Shown: one piece after another, positions 61,561-64,000 of the stretch
Layout: each line of letters begins with the position of its first letter
Position numbering within the stretch: position 1 is the first letter of the stretch
Source: Eledone cirrhosa
Taxonomy: Eukaryota
DNA length: 64,000 nt
Reading direction: 5' to 3'
Assembly (NCBI GenBank): GCA_964016885.1
Contig: OZ024746.1
Span: 75,826,001-75,890,000 of the forward strand
Translations under genes and position numbers: made by a program
The notes under the pieces: model-generated
Database searches by the model: none
Seen by the model: only the letters and a program-made list of their open reading frames with translations
What the model was told of the DNA's origin: nothing

Positions 61561-63063
61561 ATTTACTTGTATATCTCTAGTATTAATGTTCTTTTATGCT
61601 GTTAAACAAATCATTATTCTAGTGTTTCCTTTTTGCCTTTTTAATGCCATAGAAATTTTAAATCACTTGTGTAATAAGTGAAACTAATTAATGTAAATGT
61701 AAATCCTTCAATAGTATTATATATTGAAAAGTCTAACCAAGAGTAGTGGTATGTGTGTCTTAATATGACATTGACATGTTTCAGTGTGACAATTATATAA
61801 ATTGTTCTAACATATTTCCTACATTAGAAACTCAAATGATTAATTAAAATCTGTGTCAGTTTCTTAAATTGCTTTTTGCTGGTTAAGGAAATGGTATTGA
61901 GTTGCTGTCATTGGTGTTGTTTTAGTTGATTAACCCTGCTAGGAATTGTCCTTGGTTCTATGATAGAAAATTGTTTATTTTAATCATTTTCCTATCATGT
62001 TTCTAATGAAAAGCACTGTTGCTAATTTTTAGATGATTTTGTAAGTAATCAAGAGTTTATCTTTATCTAAAAAAAACCCAAAAAACTTCCATTATTATGT
62101 TGTGTAAGAACCTTTGTTGTGTTATGTTCCAAAACACAAAACACCAACTCATTTTTGAGAAAGTTAAATTTTTGATTATTTTCAAAATTATTTGAAAATC
62201 ATAAACTGTGTCTTCCATTAGAAATATGATAATGGAAATGTTAAAAACAAATGGGTTTTTATCATAGAACCAGGGTCAGTTTCAGGCAGGTTGGTATTAA
62301 ACAGGTTAACTAATCAAAGTTACTAGTCAAAGGATGGTTAAAATGGAAAAAAGCCCCTTATATATATGTGAAAAGGTGTAGAAGTGGGTTGTTTGGATTT
62401 TTTTTCAAAATATCTGCAGGAATGTTTCTTTTGTAATATGTCATTACATGACTGTCATGACTCAGATGTTAAATCTATGGCCTGAGGTCAACAGCAGCTA
62501 CTTGAGAGCTTCAGTTGATGTGACATATGTGATGTGTGTGTGTTGTTGTTGTTGTTCTTCTTCTTCTTTTTCTTTTTCTTTTTCTTTTTCTTTTTCTTCT
62601 ATGTTGTTGTTATTGCTGTTACAAATATTATCAGTAAAACTGAATAGAGATCCAATCTCATTGGAATCAACTTAAGTAGCATCCGGACATGTCAATAATA
62701 ATAGTAATAATAATGTCAAGTTGTTAATATATATATTATGATGATGATATTATTAAAATCTTGGAATCTATTTTACATTACTAGCTATAATATTTTTTTC
62801 TTGAATTCAATTTAATTTAAACTTGATAAAAAGCACTACAGAAAAAAAAAACATTCCTCACCATCAAAATTATAATCATGATAAGTTTAATTTGTACTAA
62901 TAGTTAATAGGACAGTTTCCTGTTGAATTTCTGTAACATACTTGATCTCTTCCTTTATTAACCCTCTCCATTTAAATAGTTCAAGGTTAGCCTTTAAAAA
63001 ATGAAAATAAAAGATATATATATATATATATATTAGGGTAAATATAAAAGTATGTACTCTTTG

Positions 63064-63510
63064 TTTATATACAATAAACATGAAAACCTCACTATCAAAG
63101 AAAAAATATTTTTTCATTATGAAAAAATAATTTTTTATTTTTTGCTCTGTGAATATCTCAGGAGCTGTTGAGAATGTCAGACAGCTGTTTCAAGATTTGT
63201 TAATCTCAACCAGTACAGAGATAAAAATAGACTACAGCCTATATAGATTTTAAGGAATGAACATTTGCTGGCCATGCTCATTTGCATAGAGCAAATAGAA
63301 AACACTGGCTGGAAATGCTGATTTGCATATAGTGCAAACTTGGCTGGTTATAAATAATTAATGTATCTAGAAAGAACTGTCTGGCATTTTCAACAGCTAC
63401 TGAAATATGTGTGACTTGATCAAAGAACAAAAGATAGAAAAATAATTTTTTCATAACAAAAAAATATTTTTTTCTCTGATTGTGAAGCTCTCATGTTTAT
63501 TATATATAAT
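63064..63510. mobile_element. Foldback MITE with ~125-bp imperfect TIRs
   Basis: About 63064-63188 is the reverse complement of about 63375-63510 (e.g. AGCTGTTGAGAATGTCAGACAG / CTGTCTGGCATTTTCAACAGCT). Confidence 0.75.
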
Positions 63511-64000
63511 GTTTTCATATGCACCCCTATTATGCTTAACACTATCTTAGTGCTACTGCCAATATATATATATATATATACACGGTACATGTATACATGC
63601 ATACACACATATATCTGTGTCTATCCATCCTACTCCCCCATGCTATCCCTTTATCTGGTAAAGAGGATTCTTCAGTTGAGCCAATGACTGACAACCTCTC
63701 TAGTGTTGACAACACAATAAAATGCAGCTTGTACATTCTCTAGGGGTGTTGATGATAGGAAGGACATCCAGCTGGTGTTGATGATAAGGACATGGAAAAC
63801 TTGTCAAACAAATGGTATCAAGGACTCTTCAGTTGTATCAAGGACATGACAGTCTCTCTACTGTGGTAGTGTTGGGGCCATGAAGAATGCATGATGCACT
63901 CTAGTGCAGGAATGTAAGTAAGCAAAATGAAGTCCTGGTCAATCTGAGAGAACAGTGGGGCTTATTAAGTACTGATTAATCTTAAAAATATGCTTTTTTA

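Overview
AT-rich, repeat-dense animal genomic DNA. The SINE, RTE-LINE and MITE repertoire suggests a cephalopod (octopus-like) genome, which is an inference. Two spliced housekeeping genes sit head-to-head around a CpG-enriched region at about 21.4-23.2 kb. On the minus strand is a complete 16-exon BRD7/BRD9-family bromodomain gene (ATG 21755 to stop 3476; 692 aa from my exon joining, all phases consistent). On the plus strand is COX11, the mitochondrial CuB copper chaperone, with 4 coding exons visible (26553-47629); its start exon is uncertain and its last exon lies beyond the window. The introns hold three very young RTE-clade LINE copies plus older relatives, a CR1/L2-type LINE, Tx1/L1, Penelope, RLE-type and LTR fragments, a 2.8-kb SPIN/Buster-type hAT transposon with perfect TIRs and TSD, hAT and piggyBac-like MITEs, tRNA-derived SINEs, a 39-bp minisatellite and several hairpins. 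Most notable: (i) the RTE reverse transcriptase has a complete C4HC3 PHD-type zinc finger inserted inside the RT domain; (ii) two nearly identical RTE 3' ends in inverted orientation bracket the 42-nt frame-preserving COX11 exon that encodes the CFCF copper-binding motif.
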